Assembly: GCA_964016885.1 (NCBI GenBank)
Contig: OZ024745.1
Location: 59,644,001 to 59,708,000, forward strand
Length of the DNA: 64,000 bases
Direction of reading: 5' to 3'
Source: Eledone cirrhosa
Taxonomy: Eukaryota
Every line of letters begins with the position of its first letter. Within the stretch, counting starts at the first letter, position 1. The notes under the pieces are model-generated. The model was not told the DNA's origin. It searched no databases and saw only the letters and a program-made list of their open reading frames with translations. Below, in pieces: positions 27,601 to 40,300 of this stretch. Made by a program: the position numbers and the translations under genes.

Positions 27601-30600
27601 CGACTTGGAGTGAGAACCTCGACTTGGAGTGAGAACCTCGACTTGGAGTGAAAACCTCGACTTGGAGTGAAAACCTCGATTTGGAGTGAAAACCTCGATT
27701 TGGAGTGAAAACCTCGACTTGGAGTGAGAACCTCGACTTGGAGTGAGAACCTCGAGTTGGAGTGAGAACCTCGACTTGGAGTGAAAACCTCGACTTGGAG
27801 TGAGAACCTCGACTTGGAGTGAAAACCTCGACTTGGAGTGAAAACCTCGACTTGGAGTGAGAACCTCGACTTGGAGTGAAAACCTCGACTTGGAGTGAAA
27901 ACCTCGACTTGGAGTGAAAACCTCGACTTGGAGTGAGAACCTCGCCTTGGAGTGAAAACCTCGACTTGGAGTGAAAACCTCGACTTGGAGTGAAAACCTC
28001 GACTTGGAGTGAAAACCTAGACTTGGAGTGAAAACCTCGATTTGGAGTGAAAACCTCGACTTGGAGTGAGAACCTCGACTTGGAGTGAAAACCTCGATTT
28101 GGAGTGAAAACCTCGACTTGGAGTGAGAACCTCGACTTGGAGTGAGAACCTCGACTTGGAGTGAGAACCTCGAGTTGGAGTGAGAACCTCGACTTGGAGT
28201 GAGAACCTCGAGTTGGAGTGAGAACCTCGACTTGGAGTGAGAACCTCGAGTTGGAGTGAGAACCTCGACTTGGAGTGAAAACCTCGACTTGGAGTGAGAA
28301 CCTCGACTTGGAGTGAAAACCTCGACTTGGAGTGAGAACCTCGACTTGGAGTGAAAACCGCGACTTGGAGTGAAAACCGCGACTTGGAGTGAAAACCGCG
28401 ACTTGGAGTGAAAACCTCGACTTGGAGTGAAAACCTCGACTTGGAGTGAGAACCTCGACTTGGAGTGAAAACCTCGACTTGGAGTGAGAACCTCGACTTG
28501 GAGTGAAAACCTCGACTTGGAGTGAGAACCTCGCCTTGGAGTGAAAACCTCGACTTTGAGTGAGAACCTCGATTGGAGTGAAAACCTCGACTTGGAGTGA
28601 GAACCTCGACTTGGAGTGAAAACCTCGACTTGGAGTGAGAACCTCGACTTGGAGTGAAAACCTCGACTTGGAGTGAAAACCTCGGCTTGGAGTGAAAACC
28701 TCGACTTGGAGTGAAAACCTCGGCTTGGAGTGAAAACCTCGACTTGGAGTGAAAACCTCGACTTGGAGTGAAAACCTCGACTTGGAGTGAGAACCTCGAG
28801 TTGGAGTGAGAACCTCGACTTGGAGTGAGAACCTCGACTTGGAGTGAAAACCTCGACATGGAGTGAGAACCTCGACTTGGAGTGAAAACCTCGACATGGA
28901 GTGAAAACCGCGACTTGGAGTGAGAACCTCGTCTTGGAGTGAAAACCGCGACTTGGAGTGAGAACCTCGTCTTGGAGTGAAAACCTCGACTTGGAGTGAA
29001 AACCTCGACTTGGAGTGAGAACCTCGACTTGGAGTGAAAACCTCGACTTGGAGTGAGAACCTCGCCTTGGAGTGAAAACCTCGACTTGGAGTGAGAACCT
29101 CGATTGGAGTGAAAACCTCGACTTGGAGTGAGAACCTCGACTTGGAGTGAAAACCTCGACTTGGAGTGAGAACCTCGACTTGGAGTGAAAACCTCGACTT
29201 GGAGTGAAAACCTCGACTTGGAGTGAAAACCTCGACTTGGAGTGAAAACCTCGACTTGGAGTGAAAACCTCGACTTGGAGTGAGAACCTCGACTTGGAGT
29301 GAAAACCTCGACTTGGAGTGAGAACCTCGACTTGGAGTGAGAACCTCGATTTGGAGTGAAAACCTCGACTTGGAGTGAAAACCTCGACTTGGAGTGAGAA
29401 CCTCGACTTGGAGTGAAAACCTCGACTTGGAGTGAGAACCTCGCCTTGGAGTGAAAACCTCGACTTTGAGTGAGAACCTCGATTGGAGTGAAAACCTCGA
29501 CTTGGAGTGAAAACCTCGACTTGGAGTGAGAACCTCGACTTGGAGTGAAAACCTCGACGTGGAGTGAAAACCTCGACTTGGAGTGAAAACCTCGACTTGG
29601 AGTGAAAACCTCGACTTGGAGTGAAAACCTCGACTTGGAGTGAGAACCTCGACTTGGAGTGAGAACCTCGACTTGGAGTGAGAACCTCGACTTGGAGTGA
29701 GAACCTCGACTTGGAGTGAAAACCTCGACTTGGAGTGAGAACCTCGACTTGGAGTGAAAACCTCGACTTGGAGTGAGAACCTCGACTTGGAGTGAAAACC
29801 TCGACTTGGAGTGAAAACCTCGACTTGGAGTGAGAACCTCGACTTGGAGTGAAAACCTCGACTTGGAGTGAGAACCTCGACTTGGAGTGAAAACCGCGAC
29901 TTGGAGTGAGAACCTCGACTTGGAGTGAGAACCGCGACTTGGAGTGAGAACCTCGACTTGGAGTGAGAACCTCGACTTGGAGTGAAAACCGCGACTTGGA
30001 GTGAGAACCTCGACTTGGAGTGAAAACCTCGACTTGGAGTGAGAACCTCGACTTGGAGTGAAAACCTCGACTTGGAGTGAGAACCTCGACTTGGAGTGAA
30101 AACCTCGACTTGGAGTGAGAACCTCGACTTGGAGTGAAAACCTCGACTTGGAGTGAAAACCTCGACTTGGAGTGAAAACCTCGACTTGGAGTGAGAACCT
30201 CGACTTGGAGTGAAAACCTCGACTTGGAGTGAGAACCTCGACTTGGAGTGAAAACCTCGACTTGGAGTGAGAACCTCGACTTGGAGTGAAAACCTCGACT
30301 TGGAGTGAAAACCTCGACTTGGAGTGAAAACCTCGACTTGGAGTGAAAACCTCGACTTGGAGTGAAAACCTCGCCTTGGAGTGAAAACCTCGACTTGGAG
30401 TGAGAACCTCGCCTTGGAGTGAAAACCTCGACTTGGAGTGAGAACCTCGATTTGGAGTGAAAACCTCGACTTGGAGTGAAAACCTCGATTTGGAGTGAAA
30501 ACCTCGATTTGGAGTGAAAACCTCGATTTGGAGTGAAAACCTCGACTTGGAGTGAAAACCTCGACTTGGAGTGAGAACCTCGACTTGGAGTGAGAACCTC

Positions 30601-33600
30601 GAGTTGGAGTGAGAACCTCGACTTGGAGTGAAAACCTCGACTTGGAGTGAGAACCTCGACTTGGAGTGAAAACCTCGACTTGGAGTGAAAACCTCGACTT
30701 GGAGTGAGAACCTCGACTTGGAGTGAAAACCTCGACTTGGAGTGAAAACCTCGACTTGGAGTGAAAACCTCGACTTGGAGTGAGAACCTCGCCTTGGAGT
30801 GAAAACCTCGACTTGGAGTGAAAACCTCGACTTGGAGTGAAAACCTCGACTTGGAGTGAAAACCTAGACTTGGAGTGAAAACCTCGATTTGGAGTGAAAA
30901 CCTCGACTTGGAGTGAGAACCTCGACTTGGAGTGAAAACCTCGATTTGGAGTGAAAACCTCGACTTGGAGTGAGAACCTCGACTTGGAGTGAAAACCTCG
31001 ACTTGGAGTGAGAACCTCGACTTGGAGTGAGAACCTCGAGTTGGAGTGAGAACCTCGACTTGGAGTGAGAACCTCGAGTTGGAGTGAGAACCTCGACTTG
31101 GAGTGAGAACCTCGAGTTGGAGTGAGAACCTCGACTTGGAGTGAAAACCTCGACTTGGAGTGAGAACCTCGACTTGGAGTGAAAACCTCGACTTGGAGTG
31201 AGAACCTCGACTTGGAGTGAAAACCTCGACTTTGAGTGAGAACCTCGACTTGGAGTGAAAACCTCGACTTGGAGTGAGAACCTCGACTTGGAGTGAGAAC
31301 CTCGACTTGGAGTGAAAACCTCGACTTGGAGTGAAAACCTCGACTTGGAGTGAGAACCTCGACTTGGAGTGAAAACCTCGACTTGGAGTGAGAACCTCGA
31401 CTTGGAGTGAAAACCTCGACTTGGAGTGAGAACCTCGCCTAGGAGTGAAAACCTCCACTTTGAGTGAGAACCTCGATTGGAGTGAAAACCTCGACTTGGA
31501 GTGAGAACCTCGACTTGGAGTGAAAACCTCGACTTGGAGTGAGAACCTCGACTTGGAGTGAAAACCTCGACTTGGAGTGAAAACCTCGGCTTGGAGTGAA
31601 AACCTCGACTTGGAGTGAAAACCTCGGCTTGGAGTGAAAACCTCGACTTGGAGTGAAAACCTCGACTTGGAGTGAAAACCTCGACTTGGAGTGAGAACCT
31701 CGAGTTGGAGTGAGAACCTCGACTTGGAGTGAGAACCTCGACTTGGAGTGAAAACCTCGACATGGAGTGAGAACCTCGACTTGGAGTGAAAACCTCGACA
31801 TGGAGTGAAAACCGCGACTTGGAGTGAGAACCTCGTCTTGGAGTGAAAACCTCGACTTGGAGTGAAAACCTCGACTTGGAGTGAGAACCTCGACTTGGAG
31901 TGAAAACCTCGACTTGGAGTGAGAACCTCGCCTTGGAGTGAAAACCTCGACTTTGAGTGAGAACCTCGATTGGAGTGAAAACCTCGACTTGGAGTGAGAA
32001 CCTCGACTTGGAGTGAAAACCTCGACTTGGAGTGAGAACCTCGACTTGGAGTGAAAACCTCGACTTGGAGTGAAAACCTCGACTTGGAGTGAAAACCTCG
32101 ACTTGGAGTGAAAACCTCGACTTGGAGTGAAAACCTCGACTTGGAGTGAGAACCTCGACTTGGAGTGAAAACCTCGACTTGGAGTGAGAACCTCGACTTG
32201 GAGTGAGAACCTCGATTTGGAGTGAAAACCTCGACTTGGAGTGAAAACCTCGACTTGGAGTGAGAACCTCGACTTGGAGTGAAAACCTCGACTTGGAGTG
32301 AGAACCTCGCCTTGGAGTGAAAACCTCGACTTTGAGTGAGAACCTCGATTGGAGTGAAAACCTCGACTTGGAGTGAAAACCTCGACTTGGAGTGAGAACC
32401 TCGACTTGGAGTGAAAACCTCGACTTGGAGTGAAAACCTCGACTTGGAGTGAAAACCTCGACTTGGAGTGAAAACCTCGACTTGGAGTGAAAACCTCGAC
32501 TTGGAGTGAAAACCTCGACTTGGAGTGAGAACCTCGACTTGGAGTGAGAACCTCGACTTGGAGTGAAAACCTCGACTTGGAGTGAAAACCTCGACTTGGA
32601 GTGAAAACCTCGACTTGGAGTGAGAACCTCGACTTGGAGTGAGAACCTCGACTTGGAGTGAGAACCTCGACTTGGAGTGAGAACCTCGACTTGGAGTGAA
32701 AACCTCGACTTGGAGTGAGAACCTCGACTTGGAGTGAAAACCTCGACTTGGAGTGAGAACCTCGACTTGGAGTGAAAACCTCGACTTGGAGTGAAAACCT
32801 CGACTTGGAGTGAGAACCTCGACTTGGAGTGAAAACCTCGACTTGGAGTGAGAACCTCGCCTTGGAGTGAGAACCTCGACTTGGAGTGAGAACCTCGACT
32901 TGGAGTGAGAACCTCGATTTGGAGTGAGAACCTCGACTTGGAGTGAAAACCTCGACTTGGAGTGAAAACCTCGACTTGGAGTGAAAACCTAGACTTGGAG
33001 TGAAAACCTCGATTTGGAGTGAAAACCTCGACTTGGAGTGAAAACCTCGATTTGGAGTGAAAACCTCGACTTGGAGTGAGAACCTCGACTTGGAGTGAGA
33101 ACCTCGACTTGGAGTGAAAACCTCGACTTGGAGTGAGAACCTCGACTTGGAGTGAGAACCTCGACTTGGAGTGAGAACCTCGACTTGGAGTGAAAACCTC
33201 GACTTGGAGTGAGAACCTCGACTTGGAGTGAAAACCTCGACTTGGAGTGAGAACCTCGCCTTGGAGTGAAAACCTCGACTTGGAGTGAAAACCTCGACTT
33301 GGAGTGAGAACCTCGACTTGGAGTGAGAACCTCGACTTGGAGTGAAAACCTCGACTTGGAGTGAGAACCTCGACTTGGAGTGAGAACCTCGACTTGGAGT
33401 GAAAACCTCGACTTGGAGTGAAAACCTCGACTTGGAGTGAAAACCTCGACTTGGAGTGAAAACCTCGACTTGGAGTGAGAACCTCGACTTGGAGTGAAAA
33501 CCTCGACTTGGAGTGAGAACCTCGACTTGGAGTGAGAACCTCGATTTGGAGTGAGAACCTCGACTTGGAGTGAAAACCTCGATTTGGAGTGAGAATCTCG

Positions 33601-34363
33601 ACTTGGAGTGAAAACCTCGATTTGGAGTGAAAACCTCGACTTGGAGTGAAAACCTCGACTTGGAGTGAGAACCTCGACTTGGAGTGAGAACCTCGACTTG
33701 GAGTGAGAACCTCGACTTGGAGTGAAAACCTCGACTTGGAGTGAGAACCTCGACTTGGAGTGAGAACCTCGACTTGGAGTGAGAACCTCGAGTTGGAGTG
33801 AGAACCTCGACTTGGAGTGAAAACCTCGACTTGGAGTGAGAACCTCGACTTGGAGTGAAAACCTCGACTTGGAGTGAGAACCTCGACTTGGAGTGAAAAC
33901 CTCGACTTGGAGTGAGAACCTCGACTTGGAGTGAGAACCTCGACTTGGAGTGAAAACCTCGACTTGGAGTGAAAACCTCGACTTGGAGTGAGAACCTCGA
34001 CTTGGAGTGAAAACCTCGACTTGGAGTGAGAACCTCGACTTGGAGTGAAAACCTCGACTTGGAGTGAGAACCTCGCCTAGGAGTGAAAACCTCCACTTTG
34101 AGTGAGAACCTCGATTGGAGTGAAAACCTCGACTTGGAGTGAGAACCTCGACTTGGAGTGAAAACCTCGACTTGGAGTGAAAACCTCGGCTTGGAGTGAA
34201 AACCTCGACTTGGAGTGAAAACCTCGGCTTGGAGTGAAAACCTCGACTTGGAGTGAAAACCTCGACTTGGAGTGAAAACCTCGACTTGGAGTGAGAACCT
34301 CGAGTTGGAGTGAGAACCTCGACTTGGAGTGAGAACCTCGACTTGGAGTGAAAACCTCGACAT
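15500..34363 (+). repeat. 7,458-bp three-HOR superunit present twice (15500-22958 and 26905-34363, offset 11,405)
   Basis: Offset 11405 for CCTAGA 16612/28017 and 21584/32989, CAT 17454/28859, GACGT 18154/29559, CCTAGG 22671/34076. Anchor spacings are 1954+2866+2638 versus 1954+2904+2600, both 7458. Confidence 0.85.
19330..27230 (+). repeat. 3,947-bp tandem block duplication
   Basis: Constant offset 3947 for GCC 19386/23333, CCTAGG 19995/23942 and 22671/26618, CAT 20320/24267 and 22958/26905, CCTAGA 21584/25531. Confidence 0.9.
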
Positions 34364-37300
34364 GGAGTGAGAACCTCGACTTGGAGTGAAAACCTCGACA
34401 TGGAGTGAAAACCGCGACTTGGAGTGAGAACCTCGTCTTGGAGTGAAAACCTCGACTTGGAGTGAAAACCTCGACTTGGAGTGAGAACCTCGACTTGGAG
34501 TGAAAACCTCGACTTGGAGTGAGAACCTCGCCTTGGAGTGAAAACCTCGACTTTGAGTGAGAACCTCGATTGGAGTGAAAACCTCGACTTGGAGTGAGAA
34601 CCTCGACTTGGAGTGAAAACCTCGACTTGGAGTGAGAACCTCGACTTGGAGTGAAAACCTCGACTTGGAGTGAAAACCTCGACTTGGAGTGAAAACCTCG
34701 ACTTGGAGTGAAAACCTCGACTTGGAGTGAAAACCTCGACTTGGAGTGAGAACCTCGACTTGGAGTGAAAACCTCGACTTGGAGTGAGAACCTCGACTTG
34801 GAGTGAGAACCTCGATTTGGAGTGAAAACCTCGACTTGGAGTGAAAACCTCGACTTGGAGTGAGAACCTCGACTTGGAGTGAAAACCTCGACTTGGAGTG
34901 AGAACCTCGCCTTGGAGTGAAAACCTCGACTTTGAGTGAGAACCTCGATTGGAGTGAAAACCTTGACTTGGAGTGAAAACCTCGACTTGGAGTGAGAACC
35001 TCGACTTGGAGTGAAAACCTCGACTTGGAGTGAAAACCTCGACTTGGAGTGAAAACCTCGACTTGGAGTGAAAACCTCGACTTGGAGTGAAAACCTCGAC
35101 TTGGAGTGAAAACCTCGACTTGGAGTGAGAACCTCGACTTGGAGTGAGAACCTCGACTTGGAGTGAAAACCTCGACTTGGAGTGAAAACCTCGACTTGGA
35201 GTGAAAACCTCGACTTGGAGTGAGAACCTCGACTTGGAGTGAGAACCTCGACTTGGAGTGAGAACCTCGACTTGGAGTGAGAACCTCGACTTGGAGTGAG
35301 AACCTCGACTTGGAGTGAGAACCTCGACTTGGAGTGAAAACCTCGACTTGGAGTGAGAACCTCGACTTGGAGTGAAAACCTCGACTTGGAGTGAAAACCT
35401 CGACTTGGAGTGAGAACCTCGACTTGGAGTGAAAACCTCGACTTGGAGTGAGAACCTCGCCTTGGTGTGAGAACCTCGACTTGGAGTGAGAACCTCGACT
35501 TGGAGTGAGAACCTCGATTTGGAGTGAGAACCTCGACTTGGAGTGAAAACCTCGACTTGGAGTGAAAACCTCGACTTGGAGTGAAAACCTAGACTTGGAG
35601 TGAAAACCTCGATTTGGAGTGAAAACCTCGACTTGGAGTGAAAACCTCGATTTGGAGTGAAAACCTCGACTTGGAGTGAGAACCTCGACTTGGAGTGAGA
35701 ACCTCGACTTGGAGTGAAAACCTCGACTTGGAGTGAGAACCTCGACTTGGAGTGAGAACCTCGTCTTGGAGTGAGAACCTCGACTTGGAGTGAAAACCTC
35801 GACTTGGAGTGAGAACCTCGACTTGGAGTGAGAACCTCGCCTTGGAGTGAAAACCTCGACTTGGAGTGAAAACCTCGACTTGGAGTGAGAACCTCGACTT
35901 GGAGTGAAAACCTCGACTTGGAGTGAGAACCTCGACTTGGAGTGAGAACCTCGACTTGGAGTGAAAACCTCGACTTGGAGTGAAAACCTCGACTTGGAGT
36001 GAAAACCTCGACTTGGAGTGAAAACCTCGACTTGGAGTGAGAACCTCGACTTGGAGTGAAAACCTCGACTTGGAGTGAGAACCTCGACTTGGAGTGAGAA
36101 CCTCGATTTGGAGTGAGAACCTCGACTTGGAGTGAAAACCTCGACTTGGAGTGAGAACCTCGACTTGGAGTGAAAACCTCGACTTGGAGTGAGAACCTCG
36201 ACTTGGAGTGAGAACCTCGATTTGGAGTGAGAACCTCGACTTGGAGTGAAAACCTCGATTTGGAGTGAGAATCTCGACTTGGAGTGAAAACCTCGATTTG
36301 GAGTGAAAACCTCGACTTGGAGTGAAAACCTCGACTTGGAGTGAGAACCTCGACTTGGAGTGAGAACCTCGACTTGGAGTGAGAACCTCGACTTGGAGTG
36401 AAAACCTCGACTTGGAGTGAGAACCTCGACTTGGAGTGAGAACCTCGACTTGGAGTGAGAACCTCGAGTTGGAGTGAGAACCTCGACTTGGAGTGAAAAC
36501 CTCGACTTGGAGTGAGAACCTCGACTTGGAGTGAAAACCTCGACTTGGAGTGAGAACCTCGACTTGGAGTGAAAACCTCGACTTGGAGTGAGAACCTCGA
36601 CTTGGAGTGAGAACCTCGACTTGGAGTGAAAACCTCGACTTGGAGTGAAAACCTCGACTTGGAGTGAGAACCTCGACTTGGAGTGAAAACCTCGACTTGG
36701 AGTGAGAACCTCGACTTGGAGTGAAAACCTCGACTTGGAGTGAGAACCTCGCCTAGGAGTGAAAACCTCCACTTTGAGTGAGAACCTCGATTGGAGTGAA
36801 AACCTCGACTTGGAGTGAGAACCTCGACTTGGAGTGAAAACCTCGACTTGGAGTGAAAACCTCGGCTTGGAGTGAAAACCTCGACTTGGAGTGAAAACCT
36901 CGGCTTGGAGTGAAAACCTCGACTTGGAGTGAAAACCTCGACTTGGAGTGAAAACCTCGACTTGGAGTGAGAACCTCGAGTTGGAGTGAGAACCTCGACT
37001 TGGAGTGAGAACCTCGACTTGGAGTGAAAACCTCGACATGGAGTGAGAACCTCGACTTGGAGTGAAAACCTCGACATGGAGTGAAAACCGCGACTTGGAG
37101 TGAGAACCTCGTCTTGGAGTGAAAACCTCGACTTGGAGTGAAAACCTCGACTTGGAGTGAGAACCTCGACTTGGAGTGAAAACCTCGACTTGGAGTGAGA
37201 ACCTCGCCTTGGAGTGAAAACCTCGACTTTGAGTGAGAACCTCGATTGGAGTGAAAACCTCGACTTGGAGTGAGAACCTCGACTTGGAGTGAAAACCTCG

Positions 37301-40300
37301 ACTTGGAGTGAGAACCTCGACTTGGAGTGAAAACCTCGACTTGGAGTGAGAACCTCGACTTGGAGTGAAAACCTCGACTTGGAGTGAAAACCTCGACTTG
37401 GAGTGAAAACCTCGACTTGGAGTGAAAACCTCGACTTGGAGTGAAAACCTCGACTTGGAGTGAGAACCTCGACTTGGAGTGAAAACCTCGACTTGGAGTG
37501 AGAACCTCGACTTGGAGTGAGAACCTCGATTTGGAGTGAAAACCTCGACTTGGAGTGAAAACCTCGACTTGGAGTGAGAACCTCGACTTGGAGTGAAAAC
37601 CTCGACTTGGAGTGAGAACCTCGCCTTGGAGTGAAAACCTCGACTTTGAGTGAGAACCTCGATTGGAGTGAAAACCTTGACTTGGAGTGAAAACCTCGAC
37701 TTGGAGTGAGAACCTCGACTTGGAGTGAAAACCTCGACTTGGAGTGAAAACCTCGACTTGGAGTGAAAACCTCGACTTGGAGTGAAAACCTCGACTTGGA
37801 GTGAAAACCTCGACTTGGAGTGAAAACCTCGACTTGGAGTGAAAACCTCGACTTGGAGTGAGAACCTCGAGTTGGAGTGAGAACCTCGACTTGGAGTGAA
37901 AACCTCGACTTGGAGTGAAAACCTCGACTTGGAGTGAAAACCTCGACTTGGAGTGAGAACCTCGACTTGGAGTGAGAACCTCGACTTGGAGTGAGAACCT
38001 CGACTTGGAGTGAGAACCTCGACTTGGAGTGAAAACCTCGACTTGGAGTGAGAACCTCGACTTGGAGTGAAAACCTCGACTTGGAGTGAGAACCTCGACT
38101 TGGAGTGAAAACCTCGACTTGGAGTGAGAACCTCGACTTGGAGTGAGAACCTCGACTTGGAGTGAAAACCTCGACTTGGAGTGAAAACCTCGACTTGGAG
38201 TGAGAACCTCGACTTGGAGTGAAAACCTCGACTTGGAGTGAGAACCTCGACTTGGAGTGAAAACCTCGACTTGGAGTGAGAACCTCGCCTAGGAGTGAAA
38301 ACCTCCACTTTGAGTGAGAACCTCGATTGGAGTGAAAACCTCGACTTGGAGTGAGAACCTCGACTTGGAGTGAAAACCTCGACTTGGAGTGAAAACCTCG
38401 GCTTGGAGTGAAAACCTCGACTTGGAGTGAAAACCTCGGCTTGGAGTGAAAACCTCGACTTGGAGTGAAAACCTCGACTTGGAGTGAAAACCTCGACTTG
38501 GAGTGAGAAGCTCGAGTTGGAGTGAGAACCTCGACTTGGAGTGAGAACCTCGACTTGGAGTGAAAACCTCGACATGGAGTGAGAACCTCGACTTGGAGTG
38601 AAAACCTCGACATGGAGTGAAAACCGCGACTTGGAGTGAGAACCTCGTCTTGGAGTGAAAACCTCGACTTGGAGTGAAAACCTCGACTTGGAGTGAGAAC
38701 CTCGACTTGGAGTGAAAACCTCGACTTGGAGTGAGAACCTCGCCTTGGAGTGAAAACCTCGACTTTGAGTGAGAACCTCGATTGGAGTGAAAACCTCGAC
38801 TTGGAGTGAGAACCTCGACTTGGAGTGAAAACCTCGACTTGGAGTGAGAACCTCGACTTGGAGTGAAAACCTCGACTTGGAGTGAAAACCTCGACTTGGA
38901 GTGAAAACCTCGACTTGGAGTGAAAACCTCGACTTGGAGTGAAAACCTCGACTTGGAGTGAGAACCTCGACTTGGAGTGAAAACCTCGACTTGGAGTGAG
39001 AACCTCGACTTGGAGTGAGAACCTCGATTTGGAGTGAAAACCTCGACTTGGAGTGAAAACCTCGACTTGGAGTGAGAACCTCGACTTGGAGTGAAAACCT
39101 CGACTTGGAGTGAGAACCTCGCCTTGGAGTGAAAACCTCGACTTTGAGTGAGAACCTCGATTGGAGTGAAAACCTTGACTTGGAGTGAAAACCTCGACTT
39201 GGAGTGAGAACCTCGACTTGGAGTGAAAACCTCGACTTGGAGTGAAAACCTCGACTTGGAGTGAAAACCTCGACTTGGAGTGAAAACCTCGACTTGGAGT
39301 GAAAACCTCGACTTGGAGTGAAAACCTCGACTTGGAGTGAGAACCTCGACTTGGAGTGAGAACCTCGACTTGGAGTGAAAACCTCGACTTGGAGTGAAAA
39401 CCTCGACTTGGAGTGAAAACCTCGACTTGGAGTGAGAACCTCGACTTGGAGTGAGAACCTCGACTTGGAGTGAGAACCTCGACTTGGAGTGAGAACCTCG
39501 ACTTGGAGTGAGAACCTCGACTTGGAGTGAGAACCTCGACTTGGAGTGAAAACCTCGACTTGGAGTGAGAACCTCGACTTGGAGTGAAAACCTCGACTTG
39601 GAGTGAAAACCTCGACTTGGAGTGAGAACCTCGACTTGGAGTGAAAACCTCGACTTGGAGTGAGAACCTCGCCTTGGAGTGAGAACCTCGACTTGGAGTG
39701 AGAACCTCGACTTGGAGTGAGAACCTCGATTTGGAGTGAGAACCTCGACTTGGAGTGAAAACCTCGACTTGGAGTGAAAACCTCGACTTGGAGTGAAAAC
39801 CTAGACTTGGAGTGAAAACCTCGATTTGGAGTGAAAACCTCGACTTGGAGTGAAAACCTCGACTTGGAGTGAAAACCTCGACTTGGAGTGAGAACCTCGA
39901 CTTGGAGTGAGAACCTCGACTTGGAGTGAAAACCTCGACTTGGAGTGAGAACCTCGACTTGGAGTGAGAACCTCGACTTGGAGTGAGAACCTCGACTTGG
40001 AGTGAAAACCTCGACTTGGAGTGAGAACCTCGACTTGGAGTGAGAACCTCGCCTTGGAGTGAAAACCTCGACTTGGAGTGAAAACCTCGACTTGGAGTGA
40101 GAACCTCGACTTGGAGTGAAAACCTCGACTTGGAGTGAGAACCTCGACTTGGAGTGAGAACCTCGACTTGGAGTGAAAACCTCGACTTGGAGTGAAAACC
40201 TCGACTTGGAGTGAAAACCTCGACTTGGAGTGAAAACCTCGACTTGGAGTGAGAACCTCGACTTGGAGTGAAAACCTCGACTTGGAGTGAGAACCTCGAC

